Origin: Octopus vulgaris
Taxonomy: Eukaryota
Direction of reading: 5' to 3'
Assembly: GCA_951406725.2 (NCBI GenBank)
Contig: OX597815.1
Location: 156,488,001-156,552,000, forward strand
DNA: 64,000 nt
The stretch's first letter is position 1. Every line of letters begins with the position of its first letter. The notes under the pieces are model-generated. The model was not told where the DNA came from, ran no database searches, and saw nothing but the letters and a program-made list of their open reading frames with translations. The translations under genes and the position numbers were made by a program. This document shows positions 44,940-59,250 of the stretch, one piece after another.

Positions 44940-47900
44940 AAGAAATATGTTACTGGATCAAATAGACACGGGAAGACTATAAAGAAGTAATAAACGCCTA
45001 TTAGTATGTATTTGGTCAGTTGTTAAGAGAGAGACATACCTCAAACTTTTACAAAATACAGAGAACACGAAATCCAAATAGCAGACAACATTTGGATGAA
45101 AAATTATTAGAAAATATTAGGAGGGATATCATCAGAAATAATAGACTCAAAGATACTTTTTCAGTAGCTGCACGCAGTAGAAAATTACCTAAATAGAAGC
45201 CAAAAATTAAATGAAGAATCAGATAAAGAGAATAGCTATCCATTAGTCGTAATTAAAAGACTGTCATCCGAACAAATTACGTAAAGGCCTGAAGAAATAA
45301 CAAATTCTATTGGACCTGATAATGATAGCAAAGAAAGTGGTAATGAAAGAGTATTTGAAGACCACATACTCTAAAGAGCACAGAGAGTCTATGAAGGAAA
45401 TGTAGCAGAAAATTCTGAACGAGCTTGCAGTTGTAAGATATAGAGATACTAATAATAGAAAACCACTTCATAAACTCTAAACCACAAATCAAAAAGCAAA
45501 AACAAAACTCAAAATAGGCAACGATGTAACAAAAGAAATCAAACACGAACTAAGACCTAAACGAAATTATTTAAACCTCTGCTGAGGCAATTGAAACAAG
45601 TTATTTACCTTCGAAAAAACAAAGAAAACCAATCTCAGAAGAGATATAAACTGCAAAAGTAGAACTGAAAAAGAAATTGAATTAATGAGGAGAGCAAATC
45701 TGTGCAAACGATGTAATTTCCAGAAAACGAAGAAAGATGACTTTTCATCAAGAGAAACACCGAAACAAATGATCCAAGAAAAAAGCTCAAAGAATACGGA
45801 GATTTCAGAAAAGAAACACTTTTTTACAAAGAAAATAAGCTGTTCATATCCAATGCCAAAACATTTTATAAAGAAATAGGGATGGCGTAAATGACCACTA
45901 AAGACCCCACTCCCGTGGAAGAAGCTGAAAGCTTTTGGAAAAAAGATTTGGTGTGTTGAGTATACAAACAACGAAACTTCTGATCGGATTAGACACACAG
46001 AAGGATCCTATCATATTTACAGGAACAAGTATAGAAAAACATCTGAATAGCATACCGAAGGATGACGCTCATGAAGGTTCATAAGTGGAAGTCCCCCGGT
46101 AAAGATAAATTGCCAAATTTCTAACTCTCGTTGCTCTCCTGCTCACACGAAAGATTAATCCATATGCAAGATCTTGAGGAAACACTTGACATGCTTAGCA
46201 AGCGATATTACTTAACTACTCACAAATAATAATGAAACCATGGTTCAAAACAATTATCGGCCCATAACCTATTATCTAACATTTATAAAACTTTAAAATC
46301 TTTTCCCATGGTGAAAACATGTTTGTGGAAGTGTACAATAGTTTACCCAGTGGACTTATAGGGTACCAACGAGGCTCATATACATGCTAGGATCAACTCT
46401 TAATTAATCACATGATATTTCAAAACTGTCATAATAAGCGTAGAAATCTCATTTTCTCCTAGATTGATTACTAAAAAATCTTTTGACCGTTTATCGCATC
46501 AAAATCCCGAAATTGTTGGACATCTTTACAATTTCTCCTGTAATTTCAAACGTTCTAGAGTATTATCTGTCATTGTGGAACGCGAATCTCCCATTATATC
46601 ATTCCAATGGAGTGCTAGCTTCAAATAATATTAACATTAACTGCGGCACTTTCCAAGGTGATTCACTTTCATCCCTAATTTTTTACATAAACCCTTACAA
46701 CGAAACTTAAACAGAACAAGGTAGGTCATAAAAGTGACAAAATAATATGCCATCTATTTTATATGGATGGCCTAAAACTCAATGGTAAAGACAATAGTGA
46801 GTCTAAAGGTTTATTGCGTGCTATGAAAGCTTTCAGTGATGATATCGGGATGGTATTTGGTCTTGACAAGTATGCCAAGGCCACTTTCAAGACAGGAAAC
46901 AGGGAAATTGAAGACCACAAATTCAGTCGTGTTAGATGTGGAAACAGTTATAAAATTACTTAAGTAGGTACAAACCTATAAATACATTAGAATAAATGCA
47001 GGCTCTGGCATTCAGAATGCAAGAATGAAAGATTAGATCAAGAAGGAATGTTATAAAATAGTACTAGCAGTTCTGAAATGTAAGCTAACTGCACATAATG
47101 TGTTAGCCATAAATTCTTTAGCAGTTCTAGTTGTTACTTATAGCTTCACTCTGATCAACTGGAACATCATTGAAATAAAGAAAATTCACAGACAAATTCG
47201 TAAGCCGCTGACTTGTTATAAGTTGTATCACCCAAAGGCATTTGTGGCTCGTCTTTATATCCCAGAACTCAAGGAAGTCAAGGCTTCATCCAGGTTGAAC
47301 ATTCTTATAAAATTACCACCACAGGACTCGCCAAATATCTTGAAATAATCAACGAGGGGATGCTCGCTGAAGATCACATGATGCGTAAGAAGCTTCATTC
47401 TATCTCGAACGAAAGTAAAAACTTTGCTATTATTCCTGAATGATTCCCAGGCTGAATAACCTGAGGAAACTGGGGGAAATGTTGTTATAACGAAAATAAA
47501 ATTAATGGCAAAGAAACACCGCTGGAACATTTGGTTGGTAGGTGGAAACAGAAATCTTTGCAATGCAAATATGTGGCCGGCAGCAAACAAGTTAATGTTG
47601 ACCAAAAGCACACCTATTAGTCATTACGAAGCTCGGGGCTAAAGGTAGAGAGTGAAGGCATTGTCTTAGCTGCTCACTGCAATGCAGAGATTCAAAAGTG
47701 AACCTCTTAATCTCTGGAGCATCGGTTGAGTATTAATTAAGACATGGCGGAGTTGACCAATATCTACACTAGTTAATATGTCTACATAAAAAAATCAAAA
47801 CTGTTGACAAATATCAATACCACCCTAAGGCTGTAACTGAAGGAGAAAATGTAATGATTCTTTGGGATTTTCCAGTACATACAGGCAGAACCATCAAAGC

Positions 47901-48060
47901 TAATAAACTGAGTATTGTTGTATAAGACAAAAATACTAATGTCTGTTTATTGGTCAACATGAGTGTCCCTGTTATCATATTATTTCGACAAAAGTATTAA
48001 AAAAAAAACCTGAAAAAACAGATTTGCTCATTGAAATCGGAAAAAATATGGCATCTCAAT
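44940..48060 (+). pseudogene. Near full-length decayed R4/Dong-clade non-LTR retrotransposon (RT plus REL endonuclease)
   Basis: Motifs in order: TREDYKEV, KWKSPGKD, NYRPIT, DQLLIN, GTFQGDSLSSLIF, HLFYMDGLKL, DIGMVFGLDK, AINSLAVLVVTYSF, YHPKA..RLYIP, GLKVESEG, ILWDFPVHTGRTIKANK. Many stops and frameshifts. Confidence 0.85.
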
Positions 48061-49593
48061 GCCATATTTCACGTCACTTCAATCCTCTCAGCAGTTAGTG
48101 AGCTACAGAATAGCAGCTCTTCGATGAAACGGTGTCTCTTTTAAGAAGAATTTTTGTGACTTAGCTTACTTGTATGCCATGGAAACCGGAGAACCAGCTC
48201 TATGACTTCTAGTATTGGATGACAGTAAGATCCAGGCGTATTAATTTATTACATGGTTTATAATTTCGTTGTTCTATATTCTGACTTAAAGTCGAGTCTA
48301 TGTTCTAATTTGTCTTCTTTGTATAATATGTATATAAATCATCGAGTAAACCTTTCTAATTATCGCGGAAGCTTTCTGTCTTCTTCCGTTTTAAAGTATC
48401 ACAATTATCATTGTCCTTGATCACACTTAAGTTCAATAACATACTTCATTTATTTTATTATTATCATTTTGTTTTTAATTTCTTCAATCACTTCAGATCA
48501 ATTATCAGCAATCATTAGTATCGGTCGACGTGTACTTTTGTGAGAATTTAATTTGGGGGAAATAAATATTTCTTTGCAATTTCTGTCAATTCATAGCCAT
48601 TTCGATGTCGATCATTAGTGTCACATCAGGGCGATTGAGTACCGATAAGGTAGAGGGCCGGGTTAGACAGATTGCAGTAATTGGATGCAACCTATTCGTA
48701 TTCTCACTTTAGATCTGAAGAGGATGTGACTTTTTTTTCATTGCAGACTCCTAGGAACGATGGAAGGAGTACCAACCTAATAAAAGAGTTTTTCGTTTGT
48801 AAGAAACAGAAAATTATAAAAATTTATAAATTAGTACATCACCAAGCAGTTGAATCCTTCGTAGTAATTATGTTTCTTTCGTTCTGAGTTCAAATTCCAC
48901 TAGTAATGATATTGCCTTTATATTTCTTCACTCTCGGAACCGATCATACCTTCTCGTCCCTATAGATTTTGGACTAATTCTAAAGATTTTGTAAGGATCA
49001 AATTCACATTTTGCATATAACCCATTGTATCAAAATTATTTACTAATGATGCCATCTACATAAACAGGAATAGTTAAGTAAGTGTTATCTTATTAATGCA
49101 TGTTTATATTAGTCGTATTAATATTACTATAACTACAATAATTATTGTTGTTGTTCACTTACAAAATCAAATGTAGTTATGTAGAAAAAATTATTTATAT
49201 TCTTTATCATTCTCACAGCGGCAATATTCTTCACACTCCGTGTGAATAACTAATTAAAACAATCTTTTGAGCTTCTTGCAAGCAGGGAAAGCCAGTGATA
49301 ATTCTCAAATAATCTTCAGTTCCAGTGCTCCTACAATCACTGATATTGATTGAGATTGAGATGCCATATTTTTTTCCGATTTCAGTAAGCAAGTCTCTAT
49401 GTTTTTTAAGCTTTTTAATTACTTTTGTCGAAATATTATAAAAAAGGGACACTCATGTTGATCAATAAACAGACAATATCAATCGCCGTTGATTAAATAT
49501 CCTACCTTAATTGAACGGTTTTCTTAATGAAAAGAAGCCATGTGATACCTTACGAATATAACCACATTTTCAATTACATTATATTTTTCTGAA

Positions 49594-49650
<57 letters not shown>

Positions 49651-49694
49651 GTTATTATTATTATTATTATTATTGTCATTATTATAATCATTAT

Positions 49695-49726
<32 letters not shown>

Positions 49727-50080
49727 CACGCGCACACACACACACACGCACACACACATACACACATATATAGTTGAAGTAATAATTTTTCGCACTGTTG
49801 TATTTTCATTTCCTTTCCTACTCTAAGATTCATTTTGTTAGGTATATACTGTAAAGAAAAAGCAACAGAAATTTCTTTCATCTTTCGAATTTCAATCTGT
49901 TCCTACCAAATTAAAAAGGATTTCGCTTCAAAGCTACTTAATGTTACTTAAAACTCAAGCTTATTATATTTCAAAGCTAATCAGGTGCACCACCATCTGT
50001 TACACAACTGTAACATTCTTTAAATAATGTTTGGTCTTATTACACATTAGATTAAATTGGTAATTGTGTATGCGCGCGCG

Positions 50081-50114
<34 letters not shown>

Positions 50115-50302
50115 TTTCTAAGCTTTATGTTGGTATGTTCTGCGTAAATTTTTAATTTCATTGCGCTCTTATATTGATATTCCAAATATAGTTGATTTTA
50201 CACATACATACATACATAGTTATGTATGCATTCGTGCATGCATATAGATGTGAATGACTATAGACTATAGTGTAATATAATAATTGGATATATATCTATG
50301 TA

Positions 50303-50411
<109 letters not shown>

Positions 50412-50533
50412 GCATATACATATATATGTATATAGATAAAGTGATAAATAGAGAAATAGATTGAAACTTAGATAGATAAATACATATATGAATATAAATG
50501 CATACGTATATGTATGCATGCGTATACGGAAGC

Positions 50534-50619
<86 letters not shown>

Positions 50620-51161
50620 GTTCGCCGAGTACTCGTAGATACTCTGTTATACAAGTATATAGGCACAAATAAACAATCCCCATACTTGTCCATTATTCTT
50701 CATACCTCCGCTACTCCTAAACTTACATGCAATCATACTCATAAAGAATTACACTAAAAAAAACTAAATCGCACAACCCGACCCCAAAACCAATGCTAAA
50801 CATTTTTTTAAATAATATTTAACAAACTATACGAAGTCATCATATATCCGCCTCATACACAATCTATCCACACTGATAAATAACTTATGAGTTTCTTCCG
50901 ATCTTTGATATTTCTGTCGCTGTAACCCGTTGATTCTTACAACTACCATAATAAATATATATTCTAAACGTGACCTATATTCTGTCTCTTTCTTGTATAA
51001 TTCAATTACAACATGTTTGTTCTTTAATTTCTTCATAACTCCCGTATAGAACAATATACCCACCTACACCATAATCCTTAACGTGCATTTTAAATTTTTG
51101 TTTTTGCTTCTTTCCCCAACTGTTTTTCCTCCTGCCCACTACTTTTCTTGCATATATTTTT

Positions 51162-51197
51162 TCTTGCGATGAAGGAGTAGCACCTGAAACGTTAAGA
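51162..51197 (+). ncRNA. Hammerhead-like motif in a PLE-type tail (tail runs to about 51305)
   Basis: tctt-GCGATGA-agg agtagca cct-GAAA-cg-TT-aaga. Palindromic ACGT stem III. Core positions 3-4 deviate. Confidence 0.5.
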
Positions 51198-51387
51198 CTC
51201 TTTACTTACCCTTTTAAGCGTTAAACTAATAGAGCATTTGTTTAAACTTATCCTTCCTGTGTTGTCTTTTCTCTTAGTCTTTCTTCATTTCCTTCACAAT
51301 ATTACATGTGTGTATGTATGTGTAATTATTCGCTACGGAACCACTGTTAAAACAAAATGGTAATATCTATCCTACTTAAAAGTGAAT

Positions 51388-51663
51388 GTGGCATTAGAAC
51401 ACAGGATACTGCGAGAAGTGCATATAGGCCATCATGTTTACATCGCTAGCAGTAATGTTGTTCTTATCGCCACAGTTTCCAGCGTCTACCATTGTCAAGG
51501 TCAGGCAGGGCCGAAATCATGGGAGCCGGTAGTGTCAACAGTGGCAATGGTGCGTGGTTTATCTCACCGCAAGCAATGTAAATAAGAGTGCTTATATGCA
51601 CCGAAAGACAACATGAGAATTTCTCACATGGTAACTCTCGCAATATCCTGTATTCTAACACAC
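51388..51663. mobile_element. MITE-like element with ~25-bp imperfect TIRs
   Basis: ttagaacacaggatactgcgaga (51394-51416) versus tctcgcaatatcctgtattctaa (51636-51658), 21 of 23 paired. Confidence 0.6.
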
Positions 51664-51684
51664 CCATTTTTGCGTGCGGATAAA

Positions 51685-51748
<64 letters not shown>

Positions 51749-51784
51749 GTATGTGTGTGTGTGTGTGTGAGTGTGAAAGAAGGT

Positions 51785-54072
51785 TTGCAAATGATGGATC
51801 CCACCACAAGACAGATACCACTTAGTGGGCATTTAGACCTCTGTGCACACAACAGTCACCCAAATTCTTAGTTTTCCCACTACACCAATGCCCGGACAAC
51901 ACCACTGACCAAACACGAATAAATAGGGAAAATAATCTTATTCAAAAATACAGACCACAACTCAACATACTCTAACATACCCCCAGGTACACGTCCAAAA
52001 CAAACACACAGAGAAACACATGCAGAATTACAAAATCACACACACACAAAAATAATGCCAAGCTCCGACGCAAATAAACACATGCACAAACACAAAATCA
52101 TCACACTAGAGCACAAGCCCACACACATTCCAAGATAAAAACCTACATATATATATACTTGCAATATGATTCTAGCAAGCATAGCCAACACTCACACACA
52201 CATATAGACATATGTAAACACAGACATGCACACACCTACACACACCACCACGAAATTATAAATCACATTCACACAAACACACCCACACATACACAGATAC
52301 ACAAACAAACACGCAACTACAACACAACTCACACAAACACACACGCATTTATGCACACCTGTAAACACACACATACACAATACGCCCGTACCCCAGGAAT
52401 AAAACCACACACACACACATACAAAAGAAAAAACACACATACACTCACAATACAATCCCAACAACCACAACAAACACTCACAAACATACATGCACACACA
52501 CCACACAATGACACACACACCTTCCCCACAAATACAAGACACATAGACACACTCACACAAACACACCCACACGTATACACACACACTGCACTAACAATAC
52601 AAACAAAGCAAATCACTCACACACGCAGCACACACATGTGTACACACAGACACACACGGCAACTACATAAACCATACCCACATATATACAAACACAAACG
52701 CATGCTCAATACCAACACACACAAAACGCATATGCACACACATACACACCACCCGGATAAACTTAATGCACATGGACACACAGAACCCCTTATAAATACA
52801 ACCCACTTACACACACATTCACACATACCCACACACATACATATACACCCTCACATACACATACGGTTACTCACATACACACACAATACAAGGACAATTA
52901 AAACAAACATACTCAGACACAACACACACACTCACATATGCACACATAACATACCCACCAACACAAAAAACACACAAACATACATGCGCGCACATACAGA
53001 CGCACACATACACACACGCTAACAAATACATACACATACACATGCACACACACAACACCATGACAAATCCCAATCACACAATATACACATACACACAACA
53101 CCAAGACAATCATAACATCATAAACATACTAAGACAGAGATACACACACACTCATGTACACACACACTCACGTACACACTCATAACATCTCCATCAACAC
53201 AAAAAAACACAAGCATACACACGCACCCACAGACGTACACATACATACACTTGCACGCACACAACACCCTAACAGATATTAATCACACACATACACACAC
53301 ACTAACGTGCACGCATATATACACACCATCCTGCCAAATATTAAACACACACAGACACATTTACATGCACCACAATAAACCCTGGGACCTATCAAAAACG
53401 GCCCACACACAAAAACACAAACATATATATATATACACACATACATACAGACACACACCATTCTGACCCCTCAAACCAGTCCCCAAAACCACTAAACCGT
53501 GAAAGACGAGCCACGAAAGACAGACAATGAAGGAGAAACAACAACAAAAATCCTTTCAATTCCACATTGCTCTTCCTTCCCCCCACCCAAACCAACCTAA
53601 AATAGTAATCAGCCTTTATTTAGCTTCACAGAAAATGAAAAATGGTAAAACAGGTCAGTTCATCTCAAATTCTTTATATATTCCTAAATATATCTCCTTC
53701 TGTGTGTATATGACCTTTTTGAACTTGTAATTTCCTGTGAATATATATAGATAATTGCAAACAAACATGATTTTTGATGAAATCCAAATATTTTTAATGA
53801 ACTTTTTCATATTTTCTCAAGATTTTTCATTGTAAACTGTTTTAATACTTTCTTATTATTATCAAAGAATGTATATATGTATAGTAATATTTTGTGACAA
53901 CCAGTACTTAATACAACAAAGCTTTTACAAAGGTTTTACGTTTTACTTTTGACAATCTTTTTTTAAAGAAGTGAAACCGGTCAAGTGAATAAACATCTCT
54001 TAAAATTGCATTTTCAAACCATCTTTCATATATATTTCCAATCGTGCGGTATCTTATAACTTCACTTTGTTA
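51785..54072 (+). mobile_element. 5'-truncated PLE (Neptune-like): endonuclease tail, long CA-rich UTR, decayed HHR
   Basis: DPTTRQIPLSGHLDLC / FLVFPLHQC...RINRENNLIQKYRPQLNIL* (stop 51973-51975) matches the end of ORF 447-926. Bounded by TA/TG and TA repeats. Confidence 0.75.
53942..53989 (+). ncRNA. Decayed type I hammerhead
   Basis: tttactt-TTGACAA-tcttt tttt aaaga agt-GAAA-ccgg-TC-aagtgaa. 7-bp stem I, ACCGGT stem III, GUC site, two transition mismatches in the core. Confidence 0.55.
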
Positions 54073-55699
54073 TATATATATACCTACACTTTTCGACACG
54101 ATTAACTCGTATATTACAACTTACGAACTTACGTAGGAATTATGTATGTTAAATATTATGTGGCTATAAATACTTAAATTCTAAGGTTTAAACGTTTATA
54201 GTATTAAACTTTAAAATATTTCAAATATAATAGTTGATATAGCAGTTACTTTAAAATCATAAAAAAATAGAATAAATAAATTAGAAAAGTATGAAAAATT
54301 ATACGTGAAAGTTGATAGGAACTAAGAGTAAAGAGGGAAACAAAAAGAGACGATAGGAGCAAAACAAACGCCAAGGAAAGGAAAGAATAAGGAAATACAA
54401 ATTTTTTATTGTCTTGGATTAAAATATAATTCCCTTTAGTTCGTTCTAAGCTGCGCTAATTCAAGGATACTTAAGTAAAAGTTATGTTGAAATTTGAAGA
54501 CAAGGCACGTTATGTATGTCATCCATCAAGACTTAGATTTTACGTGCGATTAAGCAAACCAATAAAATATATCTTCTCCACCTTAAAATTATACGCTAAA
54601 CGATTTACATTTCGTTACCTATTTAAACAATTCAAAACATCGAATATTTCTTCGTGAATTTCGCCTAACAGATGTAGATTTATCCAAACAATTTCAAATA
54701 TTCATGTAAGGCTTCGCAACTGAGAACTACAAAGTAAGTAATGATGATAGATTTTTTGGGAAATGCATTATTCCGACATAAGTTTCTAATATGCCAAAGC
54801 GTATCCTCCACTTGAAGAAACTGAGTAGTTCATTTTCAAAAGATATGACTCACTAGAAGCGCTTTCACACTTTATAAGATGCATGGTGTTGTGATTGGGC
54901 TCATGACTATACAGTCGTAGATTCGATTTCAAAATTGGGCAGTACCTCGTGTCCTTGTAGAGGAAACTTGATTCCCGTTGCTTCAGTTGTGATTCATTAC
55001 CAAACGATTGTGCATCTATCTATCCGTCTCTCTTTCTCACTCACACTTTGTTTTTCTCTCTTTCTTTCAATATCCCTCCACCTGTCTCTCTCTCTCTCCA
55101 GCTGTTACGTCTTCGATGTTCAAGAGGAGCAAGGTTAGGAGGATTTAGTGAGATCTTTACTTGCTCACGACAATATAGGTACCTCCAGCAATTAGCGTTG
55201 TGGGTGTCACCTGATCATATGTGCTTGCAAGTAGTAGCTAAGCGTTTATGTGTGTGATAAGTAAGGAGATTAGTAATTAGTCCATTTTACACAGCTTCTC
55301 TTTCAACTTTTTCTACCACTATAATTCTTCTTTACGTTAACAATACAGCGGCCCTTTATACACTATCTCGGCTAGATTAACTTCAATACCTTGTATATTT
55401 TTTTTTAATATACACCACACTTAGCATAGTTTCTAACTGTAAGGCCATATCTCGGTTGAAATATAGCCATGCCTTTCCCTTAGACATTTCTAAACAAACT
55501 TTACCTACACTATTTATTTGGAGTATGAATTCTATCGAGGTTTTTTTTACCGAACCGCTACTTTACGTGGAAGTAAACACACCAGCATCAGTTGTCAAGT
55601 GATGGTAATTGGACATATGCAGACACACGAGAACAGACACACAAACATATACAATTACGAAGTCGAGGCAAATATCACCAGCTGACCGGTATCTGCTAC

Positions 55700-55745
55700 T
55701 CTAGGCCGATGAAGGACAACGATCCTGAAACACGGTGTCCCTAGA
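55700..55745 (+). ncRNA. Type I hammerhead ribozyme, CCGAUGA variant
   Basis: tctagg-CCGATGA-agga caacga tcct-GAAA-cac g gtg-TC-cctaga. All three stems pair; GUC site. Confidence 0.82.
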
Positions 55746-56065
55746 TGCAGTTCCGGCAGCCGGGGGTGTTTGTCTCCCCTTCGTATATGTATATAAGGAC
55801 ACAGGGAAAAAAATGTGTCAAAGCTATCAGGAGGCGTTCGATGCTTCCTAGGGCTATACAGCGGTGGTGTACCCCCTACTGTCACGTTCTTGTTAGATTG
55901 ACAGTATACAACCATTCTATCGCCCCACCACCGTACTTGTCTCTACGAGAGATTTAGAAATTCAATATTTCTTATTTTGATAATCAGTGAATAAACTTCA
56001 CTGAATATATATATATACAATTACGAAGTCGAGGCAAATATCACCAGCTGACCGGTATCTGCTAC

Positions 56066-56111
56066 TCTAGGCCGATGAAGGACAACGATCCTGAAACACG
56101 GTATCCCTAGA
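56066..56111 (+). ncRNA. Type I hammerhead ribozyme, second tandem copy
   Basis: Same as 55700-55745 except G>A in stem III (cacggta-TC, AUC site). Confidence 0.72.
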
Positions 56112-56741
56112 TGCAGTTCCGGCAGCCGGAGGTGTTTGTCTCCCCTTCGTATATGTATATAAGTACACATGGAAAAAATGTGTCAAAGCTATCAGGAGGC
56201 GTTCGATGCTTCCTAGGGCTATACAGCGGTGGTGTACCCCCTACTGTCACGTTCTTGTTAGATTGACAGTATACAACCATTCTATGTATATATATATATA
56301 TGTAAATTAAATTAGAGATAAAACCACTATTAGGCAAATCAAACAGTGTAAAACATAAACCAAAACATAAAAATAAAAATAATTAATTAAATATACAAAA
56401 TATATAAAAAATATAAAATTTTAAATTTTAAATTATTAATTTATATTTATAAAGTTTTATACTTTTTAAAATATTTTAAAAATTTAAATTAATAATTTTA
56501 TAATTTTTTTTATTTTTAAATTTTTAAACTTTTAAACTTTTTATTATTTTTTTTTTTTAGATATATATAACTATCAAAAAGTATTAAAACGTTTACTTTC
56601 AGTTTCCCTCTACAAAATCCACTCACAAGGCTTTGGTCGGCCCGAGGTAGAAGACACTTGCCCATGGTGTCACGCAGTGGGACTGAATCCGGAACCATGT
56701 GGTTGGTAAGCAAGCTACTTACCACGCAGCCACACGTGCGC

Positions 56742-56773
<32 letters not shown>

Positions 56774-56799
56774 CTGAATGTCAGGGTTTTGCCTTTTAC

Positions 56800-57010
56800 A
56801 TATTCATAAGCAAGACCAATCTTGCAGACAAGAGAGAAAGTTAAGAGAACAAGGTCACTACAGCCAACCTTAACCAACTCACCTGCCAACGCAACCTGTG
56901 CGGTCATCGTGTCTGTTTGTCCACCACTGGGTTCGTGGAGTATCAGCAAGCCACCAATACTGGTGGATATTCTCCTCCCTAAATCATCGTTCGCAATGCC
57001 AAACCATGAG
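56800..57010 (+). mobile_element. RTE/BovB-like LINE 3' end remnant
   Basis: TCQRNLCGHRVCLSTTGF zinc-finger-like tail followed by atcatcgttcgcaatgccaaaccatga. Confidence 0.5.
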
Positions 57011-57365
57011 TAATGCTAGTAAACTACATTTAGCGCGTAAACGTGGATGTATAATTTAAGGGAGTATACAGTTATATATATATATATATATATACATGAT
57101 GAATTTTAACGTTGAGTAATGAATTTTATAATTAATTAAATAGCATATTATTGTCTAATTTAATCAAATTTTGCTGAAGGCTCTCTGTGGTTGAGACTAA
57201 TGGCACCAATTAATATATTATCTCATCTAGCAAAAAAATATTATTTTAAAAAATCCCTACGAGAACCGGCTGTAGGAAAATCAACTGAAGTGGAATTAAC
57301 AGACGTTATAGCCAGGAAATTGGTATCAGAAAATCCGGGAGATAGAATTTGCTGACGCAACACTG

Positions 57366-57546
<181 letters not shown>

Positions 57547-57999
57547 TTGGAGGAAATTACATATTCACAAATTAAAGTTTTGTAGCAAGTTAATCAATTA
57601 TCAATATGTATTTTGAAATATCAGAAAGCTTGCTCTACCATCAAGTTATTTATAACACTTATTTTTCTGCTATACATATGAGATTCAGATGAATTCACTT
57701 ATTACACACACACTCACACACAAATCTATTATTTATTTCGAATCATAAGGATCCATGAGTTAATGTATAGTTTAGATTCTTCTCGTGTCAAATGAATAAG
57801 GTATGTAACATTGCAATAACATATATCATATTGCAATATATAATTCTCTTGAATCTACTTACCATAGTCATGACTTAAAATGGCAATTTTTATAAGGTTT
57901 CCTTTATTTGACATGCACGGATTGACCAGTTATATGTAGTATATCCGACGTCCCACCGTAATTTATTATGGGGTGATGTCGTGATGTCAGACACACTAC

Positions 58000-59250
58000 A
58001 CAGTTATTAAACCTCCAAATTGTCTAGTACTTCGTCCGTACCACTACATGACAAAGGGTGGCTAGTCATTAAGTAATTTCTCAGTTTACTTCACCAGGTT
58101 AGTAATGCTTCCTTTGTTGCAATAACCAGTCGAAGAACGACCATTTTTAAATATCTTATTCAGAGTCTCTGAGATTGATGGAAAGTATCTTTAAAGCAGA
58201 GACCTCTTATAATCCTTGCAACAGACTGGATTCCACCATAGATACCCAAACATTAGGTGGTGTTGTTAAACGGGACGACAGATTTTCTTAAATTTTCAAG
58301 GAAGAATATATCATCCTCCAGCGAATATTTCATTACAAATCATCATCTTGTCGATTATTAACTATTCTAGAAGTGCAAGAAAGAGAAACAGAGGAAGGAA
58401 ACATCGAATCAAGTACATGACTAGTAATTTATCAATATGTACTCATGTTGAGGATGTCATTGACTTTACGATATCAAGTTTGTCTAATATCAGCTAATCA
58501 TCGGATTGATAGCAAACGTCGCTTGGTATCTTCAACTGTACAGCAAACAACATTGAACCACACATCTTCCACGAGTATTTGTAGCAGTCAACTAGGACCC
58601 GTTACATCACACCAATTGTTAGTCGTCCAACTACTGAGGAATTCTCTTGGCAAAAGCGCAGCCTTAACAATAGTTTGACTCGCTTTCAAGCTACTGGCCC
58701 TTCTTCTCTTCAGAGCTACAAGACACTTCAACTCCCTACACTCATTGATTTTCTAAAAAGCCCAGATGAAAAACAAAATATAATATTGCTCTTACATCTG
58801 GAACAACGTTTCTGCTGCACACAGATATTCTAGACCACGTCCAGAAAAGGGACACTTGACTGATTAGCACAAACTCACTAACAGAGATGCTGTAACTTCT
58901 GGTCCATAGACGTGTTGTCTCCTCTGCATTTTTTCTACCGCTTCTATAACTGCCTGTACTCCTTGGATCTGGCTGGGTTCCTCCAAACTTCATTCAATCG
59001 TTTTCTCCCCCTCCCATCACTTTTTGAGCCAGTCTTTGCAGACCTCAACTAAGCACTAGACACAGCTATGCCTTCCCAGAACATCGATTCACTGAAATAC
59101 ACTGTTCATCGCACTCTTACAGGAATTGATTTACAACGCCTCAAAAGTAACAGTAACAGAATGATTCTCACGCCTGAGAGGACATAAAAGACCCTGGGCA
59201 TTTCTCCTTCTCCAGATTCGCTGGGGGTTTTTTAATGACAACGGAACAAC
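58000..59250 (-). pseudogene. Highly decayed L1/Tx1-like ORF2 remnant
   Basis: Only scattered motif traces (GF*KIN resembling GYWKLN, downstream QTIVKA). Boundaries uncertain. Confidence 0.25.

Larger units (their letters stand above)
55647..56285 (+). repeat. Tandem 366-bp ORF-less hammerhead-bearing unit (about 1.75 copies)
   Basis: 55647-55920 and 56013-56285 are near-identical. Each begins after an AT run. Confidence 0.9.
55525..56742 (-). mobile_element. Family A SINE split by the insertion: 3' half about 55525-55650, 5' half about 56595-56742
   Basis: Both halves match the 27185-27592 copy in order and orientation. Confidence 0.7.

Noticed and set aside
49231-49900. Possible minus-strand host exons
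   Set aside because: Splice-like signals exist, but there is no recognisable protein or consistent phase chain.
52159-53022. 287-aa His/Thr-rich ORF
   Set aside because: Stop-poor by composition of CA-rich DNA, inside a PLE UTR.
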